Part shown: positions 19,578 through 29,224 of the stretch, one piece after another
How positions within the stretch are numbered: the first letter of the stretch is position 1
Layout: each line of letters starts with the position of its first letter
Source of the DNA: a candidate division FCPU426 bacterium
GTDB taxonomy: Bacteria > Oederibacteriota > Muellerivitia > Muellerivitales > Muellerivitaceae
Direction of reading: 5' to 3'
NCBI GenBank assembly: GCA_963796105.1
Contig: CAWCKJ010000003.1
Coordinates: 112,567 to 176,566 of the forward strand
DNA length: 64,000 nt
Program-made: the position numbers and the translations under genes
The notes under the pieces: model-generated
Database searches by the model: none
What the model was told of the DNA's origin: nothing
Seen by the model: the letters and a program-made list of their open reading frames with translations, nothing else

Positions 19578-20182
19578 GTTTACTTCTTTCCTTATTTGGC
19601 TCCTATTTGTTGGGTTCCATTCCGTTCGGTTTCTTGGCGGTGAAACTCGCCAAGGGCATCGACGTCCGGACCCAGGGGAGCGGGAACATCGGAATGACCA
19701 ACGTATGGAGAGTGGCTGGCGCGCCTTGGGGAATCTTGACCCTGCTCCTGGACGCCTCCAAGGGAGTACTGGCAGTCTGGCTGGGGCGTCATTTCATCCC
19801 CCAAAGCGAAATGGGTGGCGTCCTTTGCGGCCTATTAGCGTTGGTTGGAAATGTTTTCAGCCTATTCATGAAATTTAAAGGCGGTAAAGGGGTCGGGGTG
19901 AGCGTCGGTGTTTTTTTCAGCCTACTGCCCCTGGAAAGCGCCTTCGGCACGGCTGTATTCCTGTTGGCGCTTTTAATCTGGAGGATGATTTCAGCCGGAA
20001 GCCTCCTGGGGTTCACCGCAATGACCCTTTTGACTTTTTATTTTCAAAGGGGTTTGACTTGGTTGTCCGGATTGGCTTTGACCGGAGCTTTGGTTGTTTG
20101 GTGGTCCCACCGCCAAAATATACGCCGCCTTTTAAACGGTACCGAGAGTAAAATAAGCGGAAAACATAAGGGGAGAACTTGA
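19574..20182 (+). CDS. plsY: glycerol-3-phosphate acyltransferase PlsY
   Basis: N-terminal LLGSIPFGFLAVKL..GSGNIGMTNVWR motif. Multi-TM. Sits in the conserved der-plsY-gpsA arrangement. Confidence 0.85.
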   Translation: MSLLLSLFGSYLLGSIPFGFLAVKLAKGIDVRTQGSGNIGMTNVWRVAGAPWGILTLLLDASKGVLAVWLGRHFIPQSEMGGVLCGLLALVGNVFSLFMKFKGGKGVGVSVGVFFSLLPLESAFGTAVFLLALLIWRMISAGSLLGFTAMTLLTFYFQRGLTWLSGLALTGALVVWWSHRQNIRRLLNGTESKISGKHKGRT

Positions 20183-20186
20183 CCCA

Positions 20187-21182
20187 ATGAGAATAGGCAT
20201 ATTAGGAAGCGGAAGCTGGGGAACGGCATTGGCTTCGCTCCTGCAAAAATCCGGTCATGAGGTGAACCTCTGGGCCTTCGATCCCCGGGAGTTCCAAACC
20301 CTCATTGATACAAGGGAAAATCCGCTCCTCCCTGGCGTGCTTTTGAGCCCGCGAATCAACATTACTCATCATCTCATGGATGCTTTAAAGGGCCGGGAGG
20401 GAATTGTCGTAGCAGTGCCTTCCCACGCCGTCCGGGCGACGGCTGTTCAGGCGGCCTTGAATTGGCCTCATTCGGGTTGGGCGGTTTGCGTGAGCAAAGG
20501 CCTCGAAATGGATTCCAGGTTGACGTTAAGCCAGGTTCTTCGCCAGTCCCTTCCGCCTGGAACGCCCATCGGAGTTTTATCCGGACCAAGCCACGCTGAG
20601 GAGGTTTCCGTTGAAATGCCGACGACCGTCGTGACAGCCTCACCTGACCCCCGGCTTGCCGAGAAGATACAACAAGCCTTCCACACGGATTATTTCCGGG
20701 TCTATACCTCCCAGGATATCCTCGGCGTGGAATTGGGCGGTTCCCTCAAGAACGTCATCGCGATCGCGGCCGGAGTCCTGGATGGGATGGGATTGGGAGA
20801 CAACACCAAGGCGGCCCTGATGACTAGGGGCCTTTATGAAATTACCAAGGTCGGGGTCGCGCTGGGCGCCAAGGCCCAGACTTTCGCGGGCCTCGCCGGT
20901 ATGGGGGATTTAATTGTCACCTGCATCAGTCGGCACAGCCGTAACCGATTCTTGGGAGAGAAAATCGGGAAGGGAATTCCCCCAACCCAGGCCATGCGGG
21001 AGATGACGATGGTCGCGGAGGGCGTCAATACCTCCAAGGCCGCCTTGGAAATCGCGCGGGAATTGGAAGTGGAAGTCCCCATTACTCGGGAGGTATACCA
21101 GGTCCTTTTCGAGGATAAACCGGTCCGCGAGGCCATCTCCAGCCTCCTGACGAGGTCGGCCAAGCCGGAGAGCCTGATTTAA
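20187..21182 (+). CDS. gpsA: NAD(P)H-dependent glycerol-3-phosphate dehydrogenase
   Basis: N-terminal Rossmann motif IGILGSGSWGTALA and the C-terminal GpsA-type domain. Confidence 0.85.
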   Translation: MRIGILGSGSWGTALASLLQKSGHEVNLWAFDPREFQTLIDTRENPLLPGVLLSPRINITHHLMDALKGREGIVVAVPSHAVRATAVQAALNWPHSGWAVCVSKGLEMDSRLTLSQVLRQSLPPGTPIGVLSGPSHAEEVSVEMPTTVVTASPDPRLAEKIQQAFHTDYFRVYTSQDILGVELGGSLKNVIAIAAGVLDGMGLGDNTKAALMTRGLYEITKVGVALGAKAQTFAGLAGMGDLIVTCISRHSRNRFLGEKIGKGIPPTQAMREMTMVAEGVNTSKAALEIARELEVEVPITREVYQVLFEDKPVREAISSLLTRSAKPESLI

Positions 21183-21190
21183 GGAAAAAC

Positions 21191-21481
21191 ATGAAACGCA
21201 AAGATATCCTGAAGCAGCTGACCCGCTTGGGTTTGACCAAACACCAAGCCCAAAAGGCCGTCGATGGTTTTTTCCGGTCCATCACGGACGCCTTGCGGGA
21301 GGGGAAAAAAGTTTCTATAGTGGGTTTAGGCAGCTGGGAATGGAAAAGACGGCCGGCCCGGCCGGCCCGAAATCCCAGGACTGGAAAGGTAGTCCAGCTC
21401 AAGGAACGTAAAACGCTTGTTTTCAAGCCCAGTCAATTGATCAAGAATAAGTTGAACGCCCGTCCAGAACCGCGAAAATAA
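21191..21481 (+). CDS. HU/IHF-family DNA-binding protein
   Basis: 96 aa. ..[40 protein letters not shown].. matches the HU/IHF fold, including the RNP(R/K)TG arm motif. Confidence 0.8.
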   Translation: MKRKDILKQLTRLGLTKHQAQKAVDGFFRSITDALREGKKVSIVGLGSWEWKRRPARPARNPRTGKVVQLKERKTLVFKPSQLIKNKLNARPEPRK

Positions 21482-21497
21482 ACCCGGAGGATCCTGC

Positions 21498-21989
21498 TTG
21501 GACGAAAAGCTTTTTTATACCATCGGGGAAGTTTCCAAATACGTTGACGTCAAGCCCTATGTCCTCCGCTATTGGGAAACGGAATTCCGGAAGCTGAACC
21601 CCCAAAAATCGGTCACGGGCCAGAGGACCTATCGAAAAAAAGACATCCAGATGGCCCTGACTATCCGGCGGCTGCTTTACGAGGAAAAATACACCATTGC
21701 GGGAGCTATTCAAAAACTCGAGGAGCTTGAAAATGAGGGTTTGGATTCCTTTATCCCCCCCGTGGATGAAACGCGCCAAGTTGAAGAGGCTGGCTCCGAG
21801 GCGGCCGGGGTTTCAGTGGAAGAAAAAACCATTCCGGGGGAAGCCGAAAAAGCGGGAATAACACTTGAAGAAGCCAAAGGCGAAGCGGTAAAACCGCGTG
21901 GGTCCGCCCGGCCTCCGGAAAAAATAAGGGAACTATTCACGCTGATCGCCGAGACGAAAAGCATCCTGGAAAAATATCCGGCGCTCTGA
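21498..21989 (+). CDS. MerR-family transcriptional regulator
   Basis: N-terminal [27 protein letters not shown] is the MerR signature. The C-terminal part is acidic and low-complexity. Confidence 0.75.
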   Translation: MDEKLFYTIGEVSKYVDVKPYVLRYWETEFRKLNPQKSVTGQRTYRKKDIQMALTIRRLLYEEKYTIAGAIQKLEELENEGLDSFIPPVDETRQVEEAGSEAAGVSVEEKTIPGEAEKAGITLEEAKGEAVKPRGSARPPEKIRELFTLIAETKSILEKYPAL

Positions 21990-22016
21990 GTTTTCCTGCG
22001 AATAACACCCTTTTTC

Positions 22017-22045
22017 TTGAAGAAGGTTATTTTTGGGCCTATAGT
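22017..22045 (+). promoter_or_regulatory. sigma-70-like promoter candidate for the tRNA-Pro pair (TTGAAG-N17-TATAGT)
   Basis: TTGAAG at 22017-22022, an exact 17-nt spacer, and TATAGT at 22040-22045. About 100 nt upstream of the first tRNA. Confidence 0.4.
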
Positions 22046-22152
22046 ATGCATCCCATCGGGGGTAGTGGTTTCTTTTCCCTTTTTGGGCTAAAAATCCGCC
22101 GTTTTGGGGTTAGGGACCAAGAAGATGTGTTCGTCCCGGGGGTATCTTTGGG

Positions 22153-22229
<77 letters not shown>

Positions 22230-22273
22230 GGATATCGAGGTTAGTTCACTCTAAAAGATTTTTGGTCGGTTAT

Positions 22274-22350
22274 CGGGGCGTGGCGCAGCTCGGTAGCGCA
22301 GTTGCATGGGGTGCAAAAGGTCGCAGGTTCAAATCCTGCCGCCCCGACCA
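22274..22350 (+). tRNA. tRNA-Pro (anticodon GGG)
   Basis: Acceptor CGGGGCG/CGCCCCG, D-arm GCGC..GCGC, anticodon loop ATGGGGT (anticodon GGG), T-arm GCAGG-TTCAAAT-CCTGC, encoded CCA. There is one G-A mismatch at the top of the anticodon stem. Confidence 0.8.
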
Positions 22351-22515
22351 TTTTTTTCAAGTGAGTTTTATTCATTTTTTTAGTCGTCCCTAGTATTCAA
22401 TTCTTCTCCAAAACCGCAATTCCGGCCATTTATTCTTAATGAGTCAAAAATAATCCATCCCCGTTCAAAAAACTGACAAAACAAGCTCGCTTTTTGCATT
22501 CAAAGGAGTCGATTC

Positions 22516-22791
22516 ATGGTGAAAGGACTTTCGGCGATCGCCCATGGAAGGGTCCAGGGGGTTGGTTTCCGTTATTTCGTGAAAACAATGGCGGATAAGC
22601 TCGGTTTAATGGGATGGGTTCGTAATTCAGTGAATGGGACGGTTGAGGTCCTAGTGGTTGGAAACCCGCCTGATTTGGAACGTTTTTTGCATGAAATAGA
22701 AAGGGGGCCTGTGGGTAGTTGGGTGGAAAAGGTGGATTATCAATGGATTGTGGAACCCCCGATTTTAAGGAGTTTTAACATTAAGGATTGA
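22516..22791 (+). CDS. acyP: acylphosphatase
   Basis: 91 aa with [20 protein letters not shown], the acylphosphatase signature. Confidence 0.8.
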   Translation: MVKGLSAIAHGRVQGVGFRYFVKTMADKLGLMGWVRNSVNGTVEVLVVGNPPDLERFLHEIERGPVGSWVEKVDYQWIVEPPILRSFNIKD

Positions 22792-23765
22792 AAATGGCTA
22801 AAAAAAATAAATTAAAACTCAACCTCAAATCCAATTCCCGGAAAATTCGTAATTCCCCCCTAGTCCCAGCCGCTGAAAGATCCATCAAAAAACAAGCCCT
22901 GGTTTTCAAGAGCGAGAGAGTCACCACCGACAGCCTCAAACTCTATTTCCGGGAAATATCCAAAGTCCCCCTGTTGAATGCGAGCGAGGAAGTGTTTCTC
23001 GCCAAACGCATTGAAAAGGGCGACATGAAAGCCAAACAGAAACTTATCGCCTCGAATTTGCGCCTAGTTATCAACGTGGCCAAAAGGTACATGAACCAAG
23101 GGCTGGCTTTCCAGGATCTCATCGAGGAGGGAAACCTGGGCTTGATCAAGGCCAGCGAGAAATTTTCCTGGCGGCGGGGATTCAAGTTCAGCACCTACGC
23201 GACCTGGTGGATCCGTCAGGCTATCACCCGCGCCCTTTCCAACCACTCCAGGACCGTCCGGGTCCCGGTCCACGTATCCGAGGACATCAATCGTTTCAGC
23301 CGAATCTCAAGGGATCTCATCCGTAAATTGGGAAGGGACCCCAGCCTCCTGGAACTCTCCAAAGCCGCCAAGCTTAAATTCGACAAGATCCATAAACTGC
23401 AGACAATGGGTTTAAGGGACATATCACTTGATGTCCCGGTGGGGGATGAGTCCAATTCCAAGTCTGTCGGTGATTTCATTGAGGATCGGTCCAACAACAG
23501 TCCTGCCCAGAACGTCTTCGACCAGCTTCGGAGCGAGAAACTAAAGAGGCTGATCCAGACCCTCAATGAAAAGGAACAAATGGTTATCCTGATGCGTTTC
23601 GGCTTTGACCGGGACCAGCCGAAAACGCTGGAGGAAACCGGGAATATCCTTGGGGTCACCCGGGAACGCATCCGTCAAATAGAGGAAAAAGCCCTGCAAA
23701 AAATCCGTGTTCTGATGAAATCCCAAAACCAAGAATATCGTGAACTTTTGGACGAATTTGTGTAA
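22788..23765 (+). CDS. sigma-70-family RNA polymerase sigma factor (RpoD/RpoS-like, regions 1.2-4)
   Basis: Region 2 ([58 protein letters not shown]), region 3, and a region 4 HTH ([28 protein letters not shown]). Its ATG overlaps the acyP stop. Confidence 0.8.
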   Translation: MKMAKKNKLKLNLKSNSRKIRNSPLVPAAERSIKKQALVFKSERVTTDSLKLYFREISKVPLLNASEEVFLAKRIEKGDMKAKQKLIASNLRLVINVAKRYMNQGLAFQDLIEEGNLGLIKASEKFSWRRGFKFSTYATWWIRQAITRALSNHSRTVRVPVHVSEDINRFSRISRDLIRKLGRDPSLLELSKAAKLKFDKIHKLQTMGLRDISLDVPVGDESNSKSVGDFIEDRSNNSPAQNVFDQLRSEKLKRLIQTLNEKEQMVILMRFGFDRDQPKTLEETGNILGVTRERIRQIEEKALQKIRVLMKSQNQEYRELLDEFV

Positions 23766-23835
23766 TATTGGTCCCCGGTTAGCCTTTCCCGCCTTAAAAT
23801 CATAAATAAATTAAAAACTTAGGAAAAGGTGTGTT

Positions 23836-24348
23836 ATGGAACTGAAGAATTTTATCCGGGATATCCCTGATTACCCCAAGAAGGGGATCGTGTTCAAGGA
23901 CATTACTCCCTTGCTGGGCGATCCCAAAGCGTTCCAATATTCCATCGAACAAATGGCAGAGCGTTATCAGGGAGCCGATATCAAGACAGTCGTAGCCATG
24001 GAATCGAGGGGATTCATTTTCGGAGGCGCCTTGGCGGACAAGCTGGGGGCGGGATTCGTGCCGGTCCGCAAGCCTAAGAAACTTCCCTGGAAGACCTACC
24101 AGGAAACCTATCAATTGGAATATGGGACGGACACCCTGGAAATGCACCAGGACGCCGTTTCCGCCGGGGACAGGGTCTTAATCACGGATGACGTCCTTGC
24201 GACCGGAGGGACCGCGGCCGCAGCCATTCGGCTTGTGGAAAAAGCCGGGGGAAAGGTGGTAGAGGCCTGTTTTCTCATCCACCTGGGTTTCCTAAACGGA
24301 CAGCAAAAATTGAAAAGCATACCCTTCTTTTCTATAATCCAGTACTGA
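23836..24348 (+). CDS. apt: adenine phosphoribosyltransferase
   Basis: 170 aa with DYPKKGIVFKDITPLL..VLITDDVLATGGTA (PRPP-binding motif). Confidence 0.85.
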   Translation: MELKNFIRDIPDYPKKGIVFKDITPLLGDPKAFQYSIEQMAERYQGADIKTVVAMESRGFIFGGALADKLGAGFVPVRKPKKLPWKTYQETYQLEYGTDTLEMHQDAVSAGDRVLITDDVLATGGTAAAAIRLVEKAGGKVVEACFLIHLGFLNGQQKLKSIPFFSIIQY

Positions 24349-24382
24349 TCCCGTTTTTCCTCCCCTAGGGGTAGAGGCGGAC

Positions 24383-24459
24383 GCCCTCGTAGCTCAGTTG
24401 GATAGAGCGACCCTTTCCTAAAGGGTAGGTCACGCGTTCGATTCGCGTCGAGGGTACCA
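24383..24459 (+). tRNA. tRNA-Arg (anticodon CCT)
   Basis: Acceptor GCCCTCG/CGAGGGT (G1-U72 wobble), D-arm GCTC-AGTTGGATA-GAGC, anticodon arm ACCCT-TTCCTAA-AGGGT, T-arm ACGCG-TTCGATT-CGCGT, encoded CCA. Confidence 0.8.
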
Positions 24460-24468
24460 TCGGATGAG

Positions 24469-24498
24469 GCCTTCCCGGAAGGGAAGGCTTCGTTTTTT
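24469..24498 (+). terminator. rho-independent terminator after tRNA-Arg
   Basis: Perfect 8-bp stem GCCTTCCC/GGGAAGGC with a GGAA tetraloop, followed by TTCGTTTTTT. Confidence 0.7.
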
Positions 24499-24524
24499 AC
24501 ATCATTTCATTTGAAAGGCGATTT

Positions 24525-25220
24525 ATGACAAGCCCGCTGCAATCCTTGCCCGATTTACCATCGGAAAAACCGTCTGCAAAATGGCTGACCTGGGCCAAAA
24601 ACCACCAGGAAATAGTCGCCGTCATCGGAATCCTGATTATCCTCCTGTGTGTGGGGATTCCCTATTACCTCCACAGCGTCGAGCAGGGAGAAAAAGACGC
24701 GATCTCTGCCTTGAATCTCGGCCAATACTATCTTCACTCACCCATTGATCCGAAAAACGGCCCATTCAAAACCAATCAGGAAAAGGACCAACAGGCCCTT
24801 CAGGCTTTCCAAAGAATCACGACGGATTATTCGGGGACAAGGGCCGCGAAGATTGCCCGGTTTTACGTGGCAAAGTGCCAATTCTTCCTTGGCCAATTCA
24901 ATCTAGCTTACGCCAGTTTCGACTTGGCGGCTCAGGAACTCAAGGACTCCCCCTTGGGAGAGGAATCCTATCTCGGTAAGGTCCTTTGCCTGGAATCTCA
25001 GAATCAATGGACGCAGGCCATCACCCTTCTGGAAACCCGCCTCAAGATCAAGCCCGACAGTTTTCTCGTTCCAGAGCTGCGGTTAAGCCTGGCCAGGTCC
25101 TACCTCAAGACCCAAAACAGGCAAAAAGCGGAAGAGATCCTCAGCCAAACAGCGGAGAACTTCAAGGACTCCGATTGGGGAAAAGAGGCCGCGAGGCAGT
25201 TGGAGGCCTTGAAATCTTGA
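24525..25220 (+). CDS. YfgM-like membrane-anchored TPR-like protein
   Basis: A single N-terminal TM (IVAVIGILIILLCVGIPYYL) followed by a helical TPR-like periplasmic domain. The architecture resembles YfgM; sequence identity was not tested. Confidence 0.4.
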   Translation: MTSPLQSLPDLPSEKPSAKWLTWAKNHQEIVAVIGILIILLCVGIPYYLHSVEQGEKDAISALNLGQYYLHSPIDPKNGPFKTNQEKDQQALQAFQRITTDYSGTRAAKIARFYVAKCQFFLGQFNLAYASFDLAAQELKDSPLGEESYLGKVLCLESQNQWTQAITLLETRLKIKPDSFLVPELRLSLARSYLKTQNRQKAEEILSQTAENFKDSDWGKEAARQLEALKS

Positions 25221-25243
25221 CGGGGATTTCGAGAATCGCTTCA

Positions 25244-26413
25244 TCACCCCTGGATGCTGGATAGAAAATGGATCAGCCTTTTGATTCCCTCCTCGAAAAT
25301 TTCCTTTTCGGGCAAGAGGCTGATGACCAGGAAAAATCCAGATGAGAAATCGTAAAAACCCCCAGGCTGAACCAGGACTCTTTCCTTCTCCAGCAATTGA
25401 ACGATGAAATCCTCTTCGCTGAGGGGACAATTTTTTAATTCCACCAGGGAGTACCATCCCCCTTCCGAAGGCCAAAGCGTAGATGTGGTTTCTTGGCCTT
25501 TTAGGCTACTCACCAAGTGGGATCGGTTTTTTAAAACACGGTCTAAAAGCTGTTTTTGAAACGAAGGGCCTATTTCCAATAGTTTTTTCAGCCCACATTG
25601 AACAGGCGTATTGACCGAAAGATATGTGTCCGCGATGAGTTCAAGCCTGTTCCGGCATTCCCGCAATAGGTCCTCGGGCCCCTGGAGGGTGATCCAGGAG
25701 AGTTTCAGTTGAGGCAGACCCAAACTTTTCGATAGGCCGCCAAGCCTAAAGATGAGCGTATCGGAATTGTCGGGTTTGAAGGGCGGAGCCAGGGTGTAGC
25801 CATATTCGGAAAAAACCTCGTCCAGAAGAAGGGGAATTCGTCTTCTTTGGCATAAACCGGATAAGAATTGATAATCACCGGGCTTGAGAAAACTTCCGGT
25901 GGGATTATGCGGGTTCACGAATGTGACCAACCTGGTATTGGTTTGAACAGCCGCTTCCAAGGCCCCTCGATCTAGGGGCCAGCCTGATTTCGGAAGGAGG
26001 GGATAGGGAACCGCCAGTAGCCCATCCATACGGGTCAAGTGTTCCATCAAGGGATAACCGGGGTGTGGGATTAGGATATTATCGCCCGGGTCAGCCAGAA
26101 GTTTAAAAAGGTAGGAATAAGCCTCGCTGGTGCAGGAAGTTAAAAGGATATTTTCTGGCTTAGCTTTTTCTCCGCGTGCATTGAGGTAGGCCGCTAAATC
26201 CTCCCGGGCCCTTAAAAGACCGAAGGGATGGGGCTCATAAACCATCCCGGACGGATCCTGAAGAGCTTTCAAAATGTCGTTCGGAAAACTCAATCCGCAT
26301 TGGGTGGGGTTGGATTGGGTCAAATCCAGGAAGCCCGTCAGGCTCATTTTTTCCGTATGAGCGGCGATTTTGTTTTTGGATAAATCCTCAGGCGTACGGT
26401 TTGAAAAAAACAT
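25244..26413 (-). CDS. PLP-dependent class I/II aminotransferase
   Basis: 389 aa. Aminotransferase fold motifs including the GLSKS.GLPQLK lysine region and an N..NPTG-type segment (NPHNPTG). Confidence 0.7.
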   Translation of the reverse strand: MFFSNRTPEDLSKNKIAAHTEKMSLTGFLDLTQSNPTQCGLSFPNDILKALQDPSGMVYEPHPFGLLRAREDLAAYLNARGEKAKPENILLTSCTSEAYSYLFKLLADPGDNILIPHPGYPLMEHLTRMDGLLAVPYPLLPKSGWPLDRGALEAAVQTNTRLVTFVNPHNPTGSFLKPGDYQFLSGLCQRRRIPLLLDEVFSEYGYTLAPPFKPDNSDTLIFRLGGLSKSLGLPQLKLSWITLQGPEDLLRECRNRLELIADTYLSVNTPVQCGLKKLLEIGPSFQKQLLDRVLKNRSHLVSSLKGQETTSTLWPSEGGWYSLVELKNCPLSEEDFIVQLLEKERVLVQPGGFYDFSSGFFLVISLLPEKEIFEEGIKRLIHFLSSIQG

Positions 26414-26560
26414 TCACCCACCCTGGAATTGTGGTTTAGGATGCTGGTTAAAGGTTCCTGAAAGCCGCTTCAAAAATGGATTGGGCACCGGGCATCGGCC
26501 CGCTTATGCATGAGTTTCCTGACAAAAAAAGATATTTCGGTGTTGAATCGGAATTATTTC

Positions 26561-27187
26561 TTAACGAGCCTTTGGATATATGGAATAAGTGTAATTCAAC
26601 TTGGCCTTGGCCAGGGTGATATTGTTGATGGCGTTAATCACGTCCTGCGCGATGAAATTTCCCTCTACCGGACATCGTTTTTCCTTGAGCGCGAAGAGTG
26701 TAATGGTGTAATGGTGCAGCCTCTCGTCATTCCATGCCGGTCCGGGTCCGTCATAGCCGAAGTAATTTCCCTCCATGTTCGCATTGCCTTTGAACCAGTT
26801 CGTGTAATCGTTCAATCCCTGGCGCGTTCCCCGGGGCCCCCCGGGTCCCGGCTTGCCTTTAACCGTCACTTCCTTGCTGAATTCCCCCGATTGGATAGGT
26901 GAGCCCTTAATGGGGATATCTACCAAAACCCAATGGAAAAAGTTGACGCGTGGAAAATCAAATGGGATGGTTTTATCGGTTTTATTCACAAATTCCTTAC
27001 TTGCTGGGGCGTCAAGATCCTGGACGATTAAAACCAGGGTTTTTGTCTCAGGGGGAAGATCTCCCCAGGCAAGGTGGGGGTTTCGGTTTTTCGACAAAGC
27101 GGCGTGCTGGGTGGAATGGGGCATCAAAAAAGTGAAATCCGGACGAATTTGGGAACCCTCGCTAAAACTATCGCTCCAAAGTTTCAT
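26561..27187 (-). CDS. YbhB/YbcL (PEBP/RKIP) family protein
   Basis: PHLAW.D.P..TK, DLDAP, HWVLVDIP and GYDGPGP..HHYTITLFAL all match bacterial PEBP-family proteins. Confidence 0.8.
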   Translation of the reverse strand: MKLWSDSFSEGSQIRPDFTFLMPHSTQHAALSKNRNPHLAWGDLPPETKTLVLIVQDLDAPASKEFVNKTDKTIPFDFPRVNFFHWVLVDIPIKGSPIQSGEFSKEVTVKGKPGPGGPRGTRQGLNDYTNWFKGNANMEGNYFGYDGPGPAWNDERLHHYTITLFALKEKRCPVEGNFIAQDVINAINNITLAKAKLNYTYSIYPKAR

Positions 27188-27360
27188 AAGTCCTCCAAGA
27201 CTTTACTCGATAAAATTAACAAGCTTTTTATAAATACAGCCTGAAAACAAAAGGCCGATGAAATGCGACGATGGATTTTAACATCAAAGGCCCTTCTTTC
27301 TCATAAATGAATTGAAGCGGAATTTGATTCTAAAGGCATTATTCGTGAAGGACTATCTAA

Positions 27361-27377
27361 TACCTGAATTTTGCGCC
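27361..27377. repeat. left terminal inverted repeat of IS element
   Basis: TACCTGAATTTTGCGCC. Its reverse complement is present at 28992-29008 with one mismatch. Confidence 0.6.
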
Positions 27378-27454
27378 TAATAAAAAAACCATCTAGGAAA
27401 CCATTATAGGATAAGGGTTGCGAAGCCAACTCATCCTAAAAGAGGGTCCCCCAG

Positions 27455-28885
27455 ATGGTGAAACGTCAAGATACGCCTCAGAAATCAAACCCGCAAGTCC
27501 AGAAAAAAGCCAATCGAAACGGGAGAATCGCGCCCAAGATTACGGCCAATACTCCCGTAGGTATTTGCGAAGACCGCCTAACAGCTTTTGGCGGATTGTT
27601 GGCATTGGCGAAGATGTTCGACCTTCTTGATTTTGAGCGGGAATTCAAAAAACACTATGCCGCACCTAAACGCCTTCCGAATTTGGGCCACTACCGGATG
27701 GTAAGCGGCATCCTAATGCTTCTTTTCATCGGGTTCCAAAGACTTGGCCATTTTGCCTACCTGCGGGGTGAGGTCATGCTGTGCGGTTTACTGCGGGTTC
27801 CCTTGTTGCCGGTAGTGACAACTTTTTGGAGATACCTGAGGTCGCTGGGGATCGGGCAGTCGGCATCGTTGCTGAATCTGAGTGGGGCGTTACGGGCCAA
27901 GGTTTGGGGACAGGTGAAATATGCCCCCAAGAAGGTGGAGATCAACATCGATACCACCACCGCAACGGTCTACGGAAATATCGAGGGAAGCCGAAAAGGA
28001 TACAACCCCAAGCACCGGGGCAAGAAGGGACTGAGGCCCATTCTGTGTTTTCTCCAGGAAACCCGGGAATATTTGTGCGGAACCCAAAGACGCGGAACCA
28101 CCCTTAGTTCTGAGGAAGTGGCCCGCCAAATTAGACAATTCCGGCGACTCTTGCCGTCCTGTGTCCGGACGATTCTGGTGCGCGGTGACGGTGAAATGAT
28201 CGGCTGGGAAAGCGTGAAAGCCTGTGAAAAAGAAGGGTTTTCTTTCATCTTCGGGAACAAGCGGCATGACCCGCCTTTCACGAAAAAGGGTTGGTACCGC
28301 CATGGAGAACACGAATACAACGAATGTGTCCATCAACCCATAGGCTGGCAACAACCAGTCCGGTTTGTGGCGATGAGGACGCTGGATGAAAAAGCGCGGG
28401 AGAAACAATTGAGCCTTCCTGAAATGGAAGGATATGTCTACCGAATCTTCGCGACCAACTGTCTGGGAGCACCCCATCGGGTGGTTGAGGAATACGACCT
28501 GCGCGCGGATGTGGAAAACCTGATTGGTGAGGCGCAACGGGAGGGGTTATTAGCAATTCCCTCTAAGAGTTTCCAAAGCCACCATGCTTTTTTCCAGATC
28601 GTGATGCTGGCTTACAACCTCTGGAGGTGGATGAAACTAATGGTGGGCCATTGTGGAAAAGAAAAGCGACCGGGAAAGAAGCCACAGGAGAAGGAACAGA
28701 TCACCATGCCGGACCATACCCTTCGGATCGCACGTTTGAAGATGCTCTTTGTAGCCGCCCGAATCCAGTATCACGGCCATCGGGATGTGGTGAGGTATTC
28801 AATCCATGATGATAGGACAGCGGGCCTATTGGGTTTCCTCAAATACCTTGATCGAAAACGATTGGAAAGACCCAGGGCGGCCTAG
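27455..28885 (+). CDS. IS1380-family DDE transposase
   Basis: 476 aa. Blocks ..FGGLLALAKMFDLLDF.., ..KGYNPKHRGKKGLRPILCFL.. and ..ENLIGEAQREGLL..SFQSHHAFFQIVMLAYNLWRWMK are collinear with ISEcp1/IS1380-type transposases as I recall them. Confidence 0.75.
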   Translation: MVKRQDTPQKSNPQVQKKANRNGRIAPKITANTPVGICEDRLTAFGGLLALAKMFDLLDFEREFKKHYAAPKRLPNLGHYRMVSGILMLLFIGFQRLGHFAYLRGEVMLCGLLRVPLLPVVTTFWRYLRSLGIGQSASLLNLSGALRAKVWGQVKYAPKKVEINIDTTTATVYGNIEGSRKGYNPKHRGKKGLRPILCFLQETREYLCGTQRRGTTLSSEEVARQIRQFRRLLPSCVRTILVRGDGEMIGWESVKACEKEGFSFIFGNKRHDPPFTKKGWYRHGEHEYNECVHQPIGWQQPVRFVAMRTLDEKAREKQLSLPEMEGYVYRIFATNCLGAPHRVVEEYDLRADVENLIGEAQREGLLAIPSKSFQSHHAFFQIVMLAYNLWRWMKLMVGHCGKEKRPGKKPQEKEQITMPDHTLRIARLKMLFVAARIQYHGHRDVVRYSIHDDRTAGLLGFLKYLDRKRLERPRAA

Positions 28886-28991
28886 AAGTGGCTTGGTGCA
28901 AAAAATTCTTTGCACATAAGTTCACTTCTGATGAAAATGGCCACTGTCGGGTCCCGATTCAGGCCGATCTGGCCACGGAATCGGTAAACTC

Positions 28992-29008
28992 GGTGCAAAA
29001 TTCAGGTA
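28992..29008. repeat. right terminal inverted repeat of IS element
   Basis: GGTGCAAAATTCAGGTA, the reverse complement of the left IR with one mismatch. Confidence 0.6.
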
Positions 29009-29224
29009 ATATAAAGGGAAAAAAGCTAGAGGCGGCTAAACCTCCAGAAGGGATTCAAAGTCAATTCGGCTTTTGGATAAGATGCGAGGGATTGATTATA
29101 CTTTCACCATGGGGTGGGTAGGTCATCCCGTTGTTTGCCATTGACCCGAACTTTATTTGAATCCGGCGGTACGGCTTGTCCCACTCCGGCCTCGAATCGG
29201 AGATACTTTGAAAAGAAGGCTTTA

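Larger units (their letters stand above)
27361..29008 (+). mobile_element. IS1380-family insertion sequence (about 1.65 kb), apparently intact
   Basis: A single DDE transposase ORF is flanked by imperfect terminal inverted repeats: TACCTGAATTTTGCGCC at 27361-27377 and GGTGCAAAATTCAGGTA at 28992-29008 (16/17 match). Element length fits the IS1380 family. Confidence 0.7.

Noticed and set aside
22009-22034. Imperfect hairpin (CCTTTTTCTT..AAGAAGG plus T-run) after merR that could be an intrinsic terminator
   Set aside because: The stem is weak and bulged and overlaps the -35 of a near-consensus promoter for the tRNA-Pro pair. It is not called as a terminator, though a dual role cannot be excluded.
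28888-29121. 77-aa ORF between the transposase stop and the protease gene
   Set aside because: It lies largely within the IS right end (IRR at 28992-29008), has no RBS or motifs, and is most likely non-coding IS terminal sequence.
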